DNA of 64,000 nucleotides from Mobula hypostoma (lineage: Eukaryota), in the NCBI RefSeq assembly GCF_963921235.1, contig NC_086097.1:190218001-190282000 (forward strand), given 5' to 3'. This document shows positions 1 to 12,374 of the stretch, one piece after another. Under the pieces are notes generated by a model that did not search any database, was not told the DNA's origin, and was given only the letters and a program-made list of their open reading frames with translations. Position numbers and translations under genes: made by a program. How positions within the stretch are numbered: the stretch's first letter is position 1; each line of letters starts with the position of its first letter.

Positions 1-2
1 CT

Positions 3-593
3 CCGACTGGTAAGAAAACTCTCAGAAGATTCTTGGGTATGGTAGGATATTACTGAAAATTTTGTAAGAATTTTGAGAACATTGCTCTTCCATCAACTAA
101 CCTCTTGAAGAAAAATGAAAAGTTTATTTGGACAGAGCCTTGTCAGGAAGCATTTGATAAATTGAAAACTATAATATGTAGTCAACCTGTGCTCAAATCC
201 CCTGACTTTGAAAAAGCATTTTCAGTAGCTGTAGATGCTAGTGATGAAGCTGCAGGAGCAGTGTTATTTCAAAGGGATGAGGATGATGAAATTGATTGTC
301 TGCTAGCTTTCTTTTCTAAGAAATTTAATGCCCATCAAAGAAATTATTCAACTATAGAAAAGGAATTATTATCTCTTGTTTTGGCTTTACAACATTTTGA
401 AGTGTATGTTGGTATCACTCAGAAACTACTCATAGTTTACACCGATCATAATCTGTTAGTGTTTTTGAGTAAAACGAAAAACAAAAATAGAAGATTACTA
501 AATTGAAGTTTGAAGTTACAGGAGTATAATATTTTGATAACTCGTATTAAAGGTAAAGGGAATGTGATTTCTGATTGTCTATCTAGATGTTAA
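3..593 (+). pseudogene. Gypsy (Gmr1-like) pol C-terminus: RT connection + RNase H, with in-frame stops
   Basis: Frame reads PTGKKTLRRFLGMVGYY*KFC...FSVAVDASDEAAGAVLFQ...RNYSTIEKELLSLVLALQHF...VYTDHN...*SLKLQEY...IKGKGNVISDCLSRC*. This is a Ty3/Gypsy RNase H with no integrase after it. Confidence 0.9.
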
Positions 594-794
594 ATGCACA
601 ATGTAAATTTTTTATGGAGTGGTATTTTAACCTTTGTAACAATCCTACTGTATATTAGTTTGCAAAATGCTGTGTGATAATACTGTGTATACTGTGTATG
701 TTGTAAATATTATACATTTGTATTTTTTTGGTAAATAGTTAATTGTTAAAATTTTGCTCCTAAAAAGACCAAAATTTCTTTTTTTGGAGGAAGG

Positions 795-1686
795 TGTTAC
801 ATACCTTATGGATATCTTGTGACTGTCTTTTGAGGATGATGTAATGGTCTTGTGGAGGTCACATGATGTAATTTTCCTGCCGATGTGAGGTCACGTGATG
901 ACCTGATCTCACCGGGTACATAAGAGTAGACCCCTGGTGATGCAGTTAGTTTCAGTTTAAATCGTCAGTCAGATACTCCACAAATGCTACATATTTGTCC
1001 CATGATGCAGTTTAATTTTAGAACGGAGTTTTACTTTCTATTGTAAGGTACAGAAGTGTTGGGCCAGCAGTTTTAACAATAGCTGCCAGCTTTGTTGGTG
1101 TACCTTTTCAGTAGTATTGGAGAGTGAAGACATTACTAAGGTACGGAACCTGAAGGAGTCGAGTAAAGCTGATATCGTTCGGCGGTATTGGAGAGGATCG
1201 ACCATTATTGAATCGTCGTTCAAGAAAGAGTGATCTGCATGAGATAATCTCTGCTAAAGCAGAAAAGGTTGTGCAGTGTATATTCTACAGAGGAAAAGGT
1301 CAGTTCCTTTAAACCGTTTTATTTCCGTCGTCGTGAATCCTGTGGACAAGGCAGGTTCCGGATGGGATCAGCAGTAACATCAAGTCTTCTTGGAATTCTT
1401 TACTTCAGGAAAGTCTCTCCTAATTGACTGTATAAATCTCTTGGACTTTCAAATTTACCATTCTAAGAACTGTGTTCTAATTTAACACTTTAAGACTGTG
1501 TTCGCATTTACTGCTTTAAGAACTAGTACTTTTGGCGGTTTGTTAAATGGCCGCGTAGCAGTCTATTTCTGGTTAAGGTTTTCGTTTGTTTATCTGTTTA
1601 CTAATATTGAGCAGAGTTTAATAAATGTTTATTTGTTTATAAAACCTGACTCGATTGATATAGTCATTGTGGCTGGTCACGTGACA
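795..1686 (+). mobile_element. 3' LTR of the Gypsy element
   Basis: Follows a purine tract (GGAGGAAGG, 786-794), starts TGTTAC and ends GTGACA, with AATAAA at ~1620. Rex-like sequence resumes at 1687. Confidence 0.8.
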
Positions 1687-2322
1687 CTAAGGAGACTGAA
1701 GAGATTTGGACGATGCACACCTATACACATGTCATTGTACAGTTCTGCGGTAGACAGCATCCTAAATTCTGTATCAATGTATGGTACAGAAGCTGCACTA
1801 TGGCAGACAGGAAGGTTTTACAATGGGTTATCAAAACTGAACAATGCATCAGTAACACCAACCTACCTGCCTTCAAGGACATGTATAAAGAAAGGTACTG
1901 GAAAAAGGGCCACTAATATCATGAAGAATCCCAAGCACCCTGCTCATGGAATGTTTGTTCCACTCCCATCAGGGAAGAGGCCATGCCAGGTCTATCAGAC
2001 TCAAAATGGTTACTTTCCCTAAGCAGTAAAGCTGATCAAGACCTCCAACACTAACCTATATCGTTACACCACCCACCAGCACAACTTTACCTTTTTCTGT
2101 CAGTCACTTTATGTACAGACATTCCTGATCTATTATGGACATAAAATCAATCTATGTATATAAGCTATCTCATGTATTTATATTTTTTGTGCTTTTTATT
2201 ATTGTGTTCCTTATTTTATTATGATTTTTTTTGTGTTGTAGTAGATCCAGAGTAACAATTATTATGTTCTTCATTACACCTGTGTACTGGAAAGGACATT
2301 AAAAAATTGTGAATCTTGAATC
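1687..2322 (+). mobile_element. Rex1/Babar LINE 3' fragment
   Basis: LRRLKRFG, NIMKNPKHPAHGMFVPLPSGKR motifs; ends in a short TGAATCT repeat tail. Confidence 0.75.
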
Positions 2323-2842
2323 TCTACACTGAAATCCTGATGTTATGTCTGTCTTGAAAAAAATATATAAGTGCATATACCTTCTTTGTGGAAGTAAAAT
2401 GCTGTCTCTGAATTAAATTAAAATATAAATGTCAATATTTCAAGCTGATGACCTTTCATCAGTTCTTTTGAAATGATCATTTGATGTTACCCAGCAACTT
2501 GGGAGTTCTGTGCTGCACATCTACAGAGAAAGGGCCATACATAAGGGAATTAGTGACTGAAGAGCTGATCTTGAGAATTAGACTTTTGACTTTGCCTTCA
2601 GGCTAGATTTTGAGGTTTAGGTTTGATATTAGTTCAAAGCTCACCAAAGAAGCCAAAGACAGGCTTCTTTGAAGTCTGGGTGCTCATTATAAGGTGGGCA
2701 TCAAAATCTATCCACCAAGCATGGATAAAGATTGCTGTCTTTCTTATCTTCAGATGCATTCAGTGCAGAAGCATACTGATGACCTTACAAGAATGGAAAG
2801 AATTTCAAATTTTGAAGTAAATTTATTATCAAAGTATGTATA

Positions 2843-3397
2843 CACTTAGTAGTCATTTTAATAGGTACGTCCTGTAATTAATAAATTGACCGCTGAGTGT
2901 ATGTTCCTGGTCAACTGCTGTTATAGCCCATCCTCTTCAAGGTTTGACATGTTGTGTGTTCAGAGATGCTCTTCTGCACACCACAACAGTGTGGTTATTT
3001 GAGTTACTGTCGCCTTTGTGTCAGCTGGAAACAGTCTGGCCATTCTCCTCTGACATCTCTCATTAACAAGAGGTTTTTGCCCACAGAACTGCCACTGCAT
3101 GTTATTTCATTTGTTGCCCTATTCTCTGTAAACTCTAGAGATTGTTATGTGTGAAAATCCCAGGAGATCAGCCGTTTCTGAGATACTCAAATCATGCTGT
3201 CTGGCACCAATCATTTCATGGTCAAAATCACTTAGATCACATTTCTTCCCCATTCTGATGTTTGGTCTGAACAGCAATTGAACCTCTTGACCATGTCAGC
3301 ATGTTTTTTATGCATTGAGTTGCTGCCACATGATTGGTTGATTAGATATTTGCATTAACAAGCAGGTGTACTGGTGTCCCTAAGAAAGTAACTGAGT
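2843..3397 (-). mobile_element. Tc1/mariner internally deleted element
   Basis: Minus strand from 3253 reads MGKKCDLSDFDHEMIGARQHDLSISETADLLGFSHITISRVYRE*, a Tc1 transposase N-terminal HTH. Imperfect TIRs CACTTAGT.../...ACTGAGT. It sits after TA inside a Rex-type 3' tail. Confidence 0.8.
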
Positions 3398-4640
3398 CTC
3401 TGTCACAATATACTGCCCTGAGGTTCATTTTCTTTCAGGCATTCACAGCAGAATGGAGAAATACAATAGAATCAATGAAAAACTACACAGAAATAAAGAC
3501 TGACAAGCATCCAATGTGCAAAAGAAGAGAAACTGTGCAAAACTGCATAGCAACATCTACACTTTCTGAGGAGAATGAGGTGTGAAGGTTCCCCATCCTC
3601 ATTCTAACAACTTTCTCCAGGAGCACCGTTGAGAGTGTCCTGTCTGGCTGCATTGTTGTGTGGTACAGAAGCTGCAAGCATTGGACCGCAGTTCCCACAG
3701 AGGCCAATAAAAACGCTGAGAGGATCATTGAACTTTCCCTCCCCCTGCTCATCATAACCTTTACTGGGAGCATTGCAGACAAAGGGTCCAAAGTATTGTT
3801 GTGGATCCCTACCACCCATCTCACAATATTTTTAACTCACTACCATCAGAAAGGAGGTACAGAAGCATGAGGACTAGAACTGCCAGATTGGATAACAGCT
3901 TCTTCTCTCAGGCTGTGAAACTAATGAATCCACTGCCATTACTATGACAGGAAACTGTTTACTGTTTACCTGTGCTGTGCTTTACTATGTGCATTTTGAA
4001 CTATATTTGGTTAACGTATTTATAGTAATATATATACATACACAACTGAAAAATGGAACAATGATCCTCCAGAACACAGTACACCCACATAGCATACAGC
4101 ACACATAGCACATAAACCAAAATATTAATTATATACATATGCACACACACATAAGAAAGGAGGGTGTACAGGAGCTTTACGCCCCACACCACTAGGCTTC
4201 AGGAACAGTTATTAACCTTCAAATATCAGGCTCCAGTTTGCTCACCTGAACTTTGAACTGATTCCACAACCTAGCTACTCACTTTCAAGAACTCCACAAC
4301 TTATGTTCTCAGTATTATTTATTTATCTACTGTATTTATTTATTATATATATGCATACAGCCAGATAAATGTGAACATGAATTACAAGAAACAAATAATA
4401 ATAATAAATAAGCAAATAAGTGAATAAATATTACTGAGAACATGACTTTTAGAGTTTTTGAAAGTGAGTAAATAGGTTGTGGAATCAGATGGAGCCTGAT
4501 GTTTGAAGGGTAATAAATGTTCCTGAACCTGGTCGTGAGGGATATTCTTTCTTATGGCAGCAGCAAGAAGAGAACATGGCTTGGATGGAGGCCATCCAGA
4601 AAAAAACAGTAATCACAGAAAGCATATTGATGAACCCACA
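3398..4640. mobile_element. Patchwork of Rex1/Babar 3' fragments in both orientations
   Basis: Plus-strand RT C-terminal remnants at 3553-3930 (ESVLSGCIVVWY, LPSERRYRS) and ~4155-4330, interleaved with minus-strand 3' UTR tails. Confidence 0.6.
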
Positions 4641-7504
4641 ACATAAGAACATACACAAGAATGAAAAGTCCTTTGCCTCACACCCTACCAGCAATTCCCT
4701 GCTCCCCAACACCTGTTTCAGCCAGCCTACATTATTTTACTTCACATTCCCTTTGCAGACGCACATCCATCTCTTCCTTGGGTTCCCACCAACATCGTTT
4801 ATTCTTTTTAGCCTCTAAGCAATGATTATTTGCCTTCGTACTTCTTTCCTCATTTTATTCTTTACCTATTTTTGATCCAACACATTCTAATTGTGTCTTA
4901 CTTGACCCACATTTTGCATTTATAAATTTAATGAAAGCCTCATACATCTCTTAAGCCCTCAATTAACATTTCCCCTTGACCTCTGAAAGACAAGGCAGCA
5001 TACAAACAAAAGATATTGGAAGAGGATCACATGGGCCAATGGTACTGTTCAAGAAGTAACAAGTAGTCAAGGTTAGTGATCCTGTAACACTAATCATGAT
5101 GAGATTTCTTAAGGTGTACAATGAAGGTGGTATCTGAATGTTATCTGTACATCATAATGAACCTCAGTGAAATACATAAATATGTAGTACTGTCACTAGC
5201 ATCATTTGGTTCTATTTAGCTTTTCATTTACACGATACTAAATTTATTTCTTGTTTGGTCATTATAGCCTTTATTAACGGACATTGAAAAATTGAATCCT
5301 TATGAGAAAACTGAAATATTCACGTATTAATTGATTTAGATTTATTGCAATGTAATGAAATACCCAGCTCTACTGCTCAACAGCAGCTAATAATGGCAGA
5401 GTTAACTCAGCTACTCATGGCAGAGATAGCTGTCATCAAGTCGTCGGACTGTAAATTCTCTCCAGGTTCAGATGAAGATTGTTCCGAAGCATTGGAAAAG
5501 GATCTGTTTTTCCACACATGCACCTTGAGCATCTGCTTTTAAACCTTGCCTTTTTAGAACTTAAGTGAAGCACGTAGAGGAGTTTTATGACTATGACTGT
5601 AAGAATCTGTGACTGGGCTATAGGTCAACCCTCACAGCATTAGCATTCTGCAGTCCATCTTGATGTGTCTAACACTCTCCAGGGACATAAGCTTCAAAGC
5701 TACTATTGCTTTTAATGGTAGCTCAAGTAGCTGACATGTAGTCTCGGGGCTTGAAACTGCATGGAGGAGGAGTGAATATCTATCTTGGATAGAATGAAGG
5801 AGTCAGTGCACAGAAGTTTTCACAAAAATCACTCATCTTCAGTAATAGAAGAAAGTGCCATAAACACACAGCAGGTCAGACAGCAGCTATGGAAAGAGAA
5901 ACAGTATTAATAGTTCAGGTTGAGGACCCTTTTCACAGATGTGTGATTTGCTGACTGTTTCCAGCATTTCATGTGTTTATTTCAGATTTACAGCTCCTGC
6001 TATTTTAATCTGCAGGCTGCTTTCCTACAGATTAATGGGAATATGGAGTGGCAGTTGTTCAGCAGGAATGTCACTTACTGCCTTTTCTTAGAATATCTGC
6101 AAGTCTGGTTCCTCACCTCATCATCAACTAATATTATAAATGGTGTTCGTCAGTATTGTGTTAGAAATTATAATTAATACCATTATACACCCACCGCTTT
6201 GACCTGTGGTTTCTTCTCCTGAATCTCTTTATGTGCTGTCAGAATGAAAGGACACTAACTGTTTTGAAGTCCTCAAATGCCAAATTAAGAGTGTGAATAA
6301 AAATCTATAAACACTGTTAATACACTTTCCGATAGGGATGATTCAGAGAGAAGACAATAAAAGTGCTGTTTTACCTTAATGTCATTTGTGCACAATCCAA
6401 CAAATGGCATGCTTATTATTTGCTACATTGCTGTAAGCCCCTCAAGCAAGAAAAACACATAAAATGTTGCTTTGTGCTTCCCATAGCTTGCTTTACACGT
6501 GTTGTTTAGATAATGCATATCATTCAAATTTGGAAGAGGTATTCCTTGTGTTCTAGTGGTCTTGCTCTGGACATCAGGAAAAATTTAAAAGACATGTTGA
6601 TGGTCACAGTATTGCAGTGACTCACATACCTTTATGATGATTACACATCAGTGAAATAATGGTGACATGCAGGCTCTCAATGGTCATCTAAATCCAGGCT
6701 TCTTTTGTAGTATCTTTAGAGCTATATGAGTGTGTTTATCATGACATAAAGAATGTTGCTCACTGTAGACCTCTCATTCTTGATACTGGTGTCCATTGCA
6801 ATCTTAATATGTTGATCATATCTTGCAAGTAAAGACCAACGCAGCCTGGAAGCAGCCTGCTGGCAAAAAGGAGAAACCAAAGCCAGTGGTCTCTTTGAGA
6901 ACCACTGGTCCTTCTAAAGCAGTAACAATATGCTACTGAAGACCTCTTCCATTAGTTTTGTAAGAATACCAACAAAGTAAAATCTTGATCAGTGCTCTCT
7001 GTGGCCTGGTTTACAGACAACTATGAGTACCAACCCCTCTAGCCTTAACATTTCTCTTTAAACATGTCAAGATTATTTCTCCAGGTTGTTGCAAAAGATT
7101 TTTTCTTCATCCTATAATTCATCCATCACAAGGAGTGGAGTAACGCAATGCTTATAAAAAGCTGTGATGTTTGTGAGAGCGAAATAATTCCTAAGTATTT
7201 AAGCTGGGAACACTGAACCACCCTGCGAATGCACTGCATTAAATGGAGCAGATTATATAACCAAAGAACTTCAACACAGGGTGACTTTAAATGCAGTTTC
7301 AAGATATGCCTGTTTGTCCAACCAATGCGACAAAGTTTTGTATTAGTTCAGACTATGAGTTTGATTTGTGATCCACTATGACATCCCATTGTTTTTTATT
7401 TCACAATATCAGGACCTAAGTGAATTTATTTACAAGATAATTGTTACTTTCCAATAGATGGCAAACTAGACATGTCTATCAAAACATGTTGAAACGCTGC
7501 TTAA

Positions 7505-8130
7505 TTGAGTACCATCACTCTGTTTGCATAGCAGGTGAGATTTCCCAGTGGCCACACATTTTAATTCCACTTCCCATTCCCATATGTTGGTCCATATGGG
7601 TCTCCTCTGCTGCCACGATGAGGTCACTATCAGGTTGGAGAAGTAACACCTCATATTCCATCTAGGTGTCCTCCAAACTGATGGCATGAACATCAATTTC
7701 TCTAACTTCTGGTAATTTCTCATCACTTCCCCTTCTCTTTTTTTCCATTCCCCATTCTGGCTCCCCTCTTATCCCCCCTCTTCTCCTCACTTGCCTATCA
7801 ACTCACTAGTGCCCTCCTATTTCTTCCTTTTCTCCCATGGTCCGGTCTTCTCTCCTCTCAGATTCCTTCTTCTTCAGCCCTTTACCTTTTCCATCTCTCA
7901 CCTCCCAACCTTGCACTATCTCCCCTCACCCATCCATCCACCTTCCCCCTCATCTGGCTTTACCTATTACCTGTAAGCTTGTACTCCTTCCCGTCTTTTC
8001 CAGTCCTAAGGAAGGCTTCTTCATCCTTCCTTTCTAGTCCTGACAAAGGGACTCAGATGAAGCATAAACTGCTTATTCTTCTCCACAGAGGTTGCCTGAC
8101 CTTCTGAGTTCCTCCAGCAATTTGTGTGTG
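7505..8130 (+). mobile_element. Penelope-like element 3' fragment (GIY-YIG C-terminus, pyrimidine-rich UTR, degenerate hammerhead)
   Basis: PVATHFNSTSHSH and RLEK*HLIFHLGVLQTDGMNI remnants; homologous to the copy at 44683-45410. Confidence 0.8.
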
Positions 8131-8732
8131 CCATTGAAACAAAACAGTAAACCTATTTTCCCATTTGTATCTTCTCATTCATCCTATTCATGTCATACAC
8201 CTTGAGTTATAATTGAGATTCTAATGCAATACACATTCTTCATGCAAAACTGCTTTCCAAACATGTTGTTTTCTATGTAAGTGTTATAAGCAAAATTCAA
8301 CATGTCTGTGGGACACCTCTTGTCATTTCCTTCTTAACTGCTGAAAAATTCTCTCATTCATGAGCAATTGGCCAAGAAGTTGGATTGCATATTTATGTTT
8401 GCTATTTAATACAATTTCAATAAGTTTGTACAGAGATATCAATAAATTTACTACATTTTCTAGGGTACAGCAATTTTTTTTATGGATCTTCTATGTACTT
8501 TACACACTCTACTGCACTGAAGGACCCAATTGTATGTAGTTTTATAAAACAGTGTGTAATATATGCCCAAATCATAACAGCATGATTTTGCCTTATTCCT
8601 GCAGAAACAGGGCTTCAGATAGCTTGTGGGGCCTGCTTCATTACCACCGAATTACGAAGATCATGGAATTCCATGCTGGACTATCACTTCTTTTAAACAA
8701 AATTCCTTCCCATTATACAACACTGGGCATAA

Positions 8733-8969
8733 TGGGAGGTTGTTCCTGCCTGTGGCCATCGAACTTTGCAGCTCTTCCCGTGGAGTGTCAGACACCCTGA
8801 GCCAATAGGCTGGTCCTGGACTTATTTTCCATCTGGCATAGTTTGCAATTTGTTGTTTAATTGTTTGTGGTTTTTGTATTGCTATATTTATGCTCTATTC
8901 GTGGTTGGTGCGGCTGTAACGAAACCCAATTTCCCTCGGGATCAATAAAGTATATCTATCTATCTATCT
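8733..8969 (+). mobile_element. Rex1-type LINE extreme 3' end
   Basis: RLFLPVAIELC motif, then CCCTCGGGATCAATAAAGTA and an (ATCT)n tail. Confidence 0.65.
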
Positions 8970-10516
8970 AGATCTCTGCCCCTCATGCCCCCAGTTACCC
9001 TTCCCGGGATGTCCTATCTATACCTTGGGTTGGCGCAACTCCCACTCACCCAACCCACTCTGGAAGACCAATTCTAAACTCCTCAAACAATTGCCTGGCC
9101 ATCCTTTTCTACCAAAACACTATGTCAATTGCTAGGCAATTACTACAGAACAGAATAAAGGTGCTTGAGTACCTAAGCCTGTAACCTCTGTCTTGTAGTA
9201 CATAAAACTTCAGGGTTATGTTCTTAATAGAATTCAACACCTTTGTTGGTTATTGGCCTACTGCACTCTGATAATTAATACACTCTTTAGATACCATGTA
9301 TGTTCCAGAGCTTTAGATTCAGCCCACTTATGTAGTGAACATAAAGATCCACCATCAATCACAGTCTTCTTGCTATTTCTACCATACCCAACTGACTCTA
9401 TGGAAATTCAAATTAAATTGGTTAATGAGTGTTTAAATAGAAATTTGAAAAGATGTGAATTATAGTATTTTTGGTTGCTTGATACAACTTAAATTATAGT
9501 TCATGCAGTCTAGTAACTGTCTACTTCAGGATAACAAATAGAACTGATCCGAGAAACCCAGCAATCCTGGAACACTGTCAGCTTGCATCCTTCATGAAAT
9601 TTGTGTATCCTATTTAACCTTTCAATTTTTTTTCTCTTTTGAAAATCTCTGTAGTTGGCACTTCATTTTATTCTTAAATGCTGACACAAAACATTTATCC
9701 TCATATTTTTCTCCATGTTCAAAAATTCACCAGATATCGTCTATAGGGCAGTTGCAGTTCATCTCATTAAGATGAAAATAAGTGATTACACACACTCCGA
9801 TTAAGAAAAAAGCCAATATGAGCGGTTAAAAAATCACTTACCCAGAGATTGTTTCTAAAGTTCTCCTCACTCCTAATCCATATATCTTCACCATGGGGTT
9901 AATCAGGCACCTACAAGATATAGGAGGCTATGATATCCACAAAGAAAAAGGACTCCAGTCAGATTAATAAAGGCACCCTTCCCTTATTTCCCCAAGCAGT
10001 ATGATGGAAAGACTAGAAATAATTTCGAGAATTCCAATATGTGGAAATAAGATCTGGTTTGAAGGCACCACAACAAAACAAATCAGACATTAAATGGGTT
10101 TAATTGAGGTTAAATACATTTAAGGTCTGTATATCATCAGGAAACAATAAGCCAAAAGTGAACATCAAATTCTCCAGATTGATCCAGGCCAATGAACTAG
10201 AATCAAATGATTAAATAAAATAACTAAGCTGTCAATGTACAACTATGGCACGATGTGCAGGCTCTCAATGCATTACCCAAGATATTTAAAAGTAACAAAT
10301 GGTTTTCAATGAAAGAAATGACAAGCTGACAGAGGAAAGGAGAGCGGGATGTCATTCTATTTTCCATTTTTTTCTCACAGGTAAGTCAGTATTTATTTTT
10401 AATCCTCTTTTAAGAGGAATCTAATCGTTTTTTCCCCCTGGGGAACAGAAAACAAACTTACAATAAACGGTATTAAAAAACACGCAAATAAAACAGCAAC
10501 CAATAACGCTACAAGC

Positions 10517-10649
10517 TCAAACACGAGGAAATCTGCAGATGCTGGAAATTCAAGCAACACACATCAAAGTTGCTGGTGAACGCGGCAGGCCAGGCAGCAT
10601 CTCGAGGAAGAGGTACAGTCGACGTTTCGGGCTGAGACCCTTCGTCAGG
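10517..10649 (-). mobile_element. Stand-alone Penelope-like 3' terminal unit (hammerhead + tail)
   Basis: Near-identical to 23265-23398. Flanked by AACGCTACAAGC (10505-10516) and AATGCTACAAGC (10650-10661). Confidence 0.85.
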
Positions 10650-11453
10650 AATGCTACAAGCAATTGTAATTCATGCTTCAGCAGAAACCAGATGGTATTC
10701 CTACAGCTTTGAGAAAGCGGAGGCAGAAGGCCATATATCTACTCAGAATGGGTCCAACAACTTTACAATGGGAAAAAAAAATTCCTCCATCAATCGAATG
10801 ATGGTTCAAAAATATGATGTCGAATTTTATGATACACCCAAGAATTACAAGAAACTCTGGCAATGATGTAGAGTGCGATGGTATATCACAATCTTTCCTT
10901 GTGGTTCTTCGCATCATAGAAGCTTCAAACTTGATGTATTTTAGATGGCACCAAAAAGAAGCTGTTTGCAACTAGATTTTGGGAGCAACAGCACCATTGT
11001 GCAGAAGAACTGTGCTACAGCCTAACTGTACCTAAGCCATGCTGTTCCAGTACAATGGAAATTATGCAACAAAGTAAAACATGTTCTTCCATTTCCTGTG
11101 TACAAAAAACAGGACAAATCTAATCTGGCCATATCCAACCCATTCAGTCTAATCTCAAAGATCAAATGGATGGAAAGAAATTATTGTCTATTTTATTCAG
11201 CATTTACTCATCAAAGTCTTTCTGCTGTTGTTCAATTTGGATTCAGACTTTATTATACACTCCATGATCTAACAATGTATGAAGCATGGAAATGTTGAAA
11301 TGGGTGAAGGTAACATCAATAGCGCATCCAACAAGTAATCTGAAGAAGAAATCCCCACTATTCTAATTATCAGGTACTGTATATAATGGCTAGAAACAAG
11401 CTGCATGTTAAGTATATCTTCATTACTAAAGCACGCTGTAAATTAAGAGCAAG

Positions 11454-11661
11454 ACGCACAAAATACTGGAAGAACTAATAAGTCAGGCAGAATCTATGTT
11501 GGATAATAATCCGTTGATGTTTTGAGGTATGATATCCTGGTATTGATCAAAAACATTGACAGTTCATTTCCCTTGGTAGATGGTGCCTGACTTGCTGAGT
11601 TCCTCCATTATTTTGTGTGTGTTGCTCAAAATTTCCAGCATCTGCAGAATCTCCTGTGTCT
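11454..11661. mobile_element. Fold-back Penelope-like tail element (old)
   Basis: Left arm CACAAAATACTGGAAGAACT...TCAGGCAG is the approximate reverse complement of right arm TGCCTGAC...AGTTCCTCCATTATTTTGTG. Confidence 0.7.
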
Positions 11662-12374
11662 CCTAATAAATCCTTTTCATCGTCTTCATTTGCCTGCTAG
11701 AATGAAACTCAAACAGTCCTCAGAAGTTTATATAATTTAGTACAAACTATACCACTTGATATGCCATCCATCACATTATTTGGTTACTCCCTCCACTACT
11801 GACACATTATGGACACAGCAACTTTTCAAAACATTTGAGAGATTTCCAGTTTTAATCTGAAGGGCAATGGACAGTGGTAACCCAGCACTCTTAAATTCTC
11901 CTTCAAATCCTAGGACGTCCTATGTAACAGCAAGCAAGCTAAGAACCTATAACACAGACTACAAAGTTTTATCACTTTTAGGGTGTTGAAATGTACTTTA
12001 TGGGTAGTAACAAAATGGCATTTTCATCTCTAAAAAAAATGCAACCTGTATTATATCAGAGTGTTTTGCTAATAGTGTTTGTGCAAAATTTTCCTGATGG
12101 AGACTGAGTCCTTGACAATCTGCAGACCAGCATATGCAATACTGGAAGAATGCCAAATACACTGATTAAGCACAGAATATATCCTTTCCTTGAAATGAGG
12201 CATGGGTAGCTGTACCTGTGCATAATGGAGTGACTATACTGTTGCTTTTTTTGGAGGCCATCACTGGCATTTGTGCCGTGATGGTCTCCCCTTGCTGCAA
12301 GTAAAATAAATGCACTTATAATTGATCCACTCTGAGTTAATTGTTTTTTTATATCTAGGATGTGGCAAAACGGT

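Noticed and set aside
1498..2022. 174-aa ORF
   Set aside because: Chance read-through across the LTR/Rex junction.
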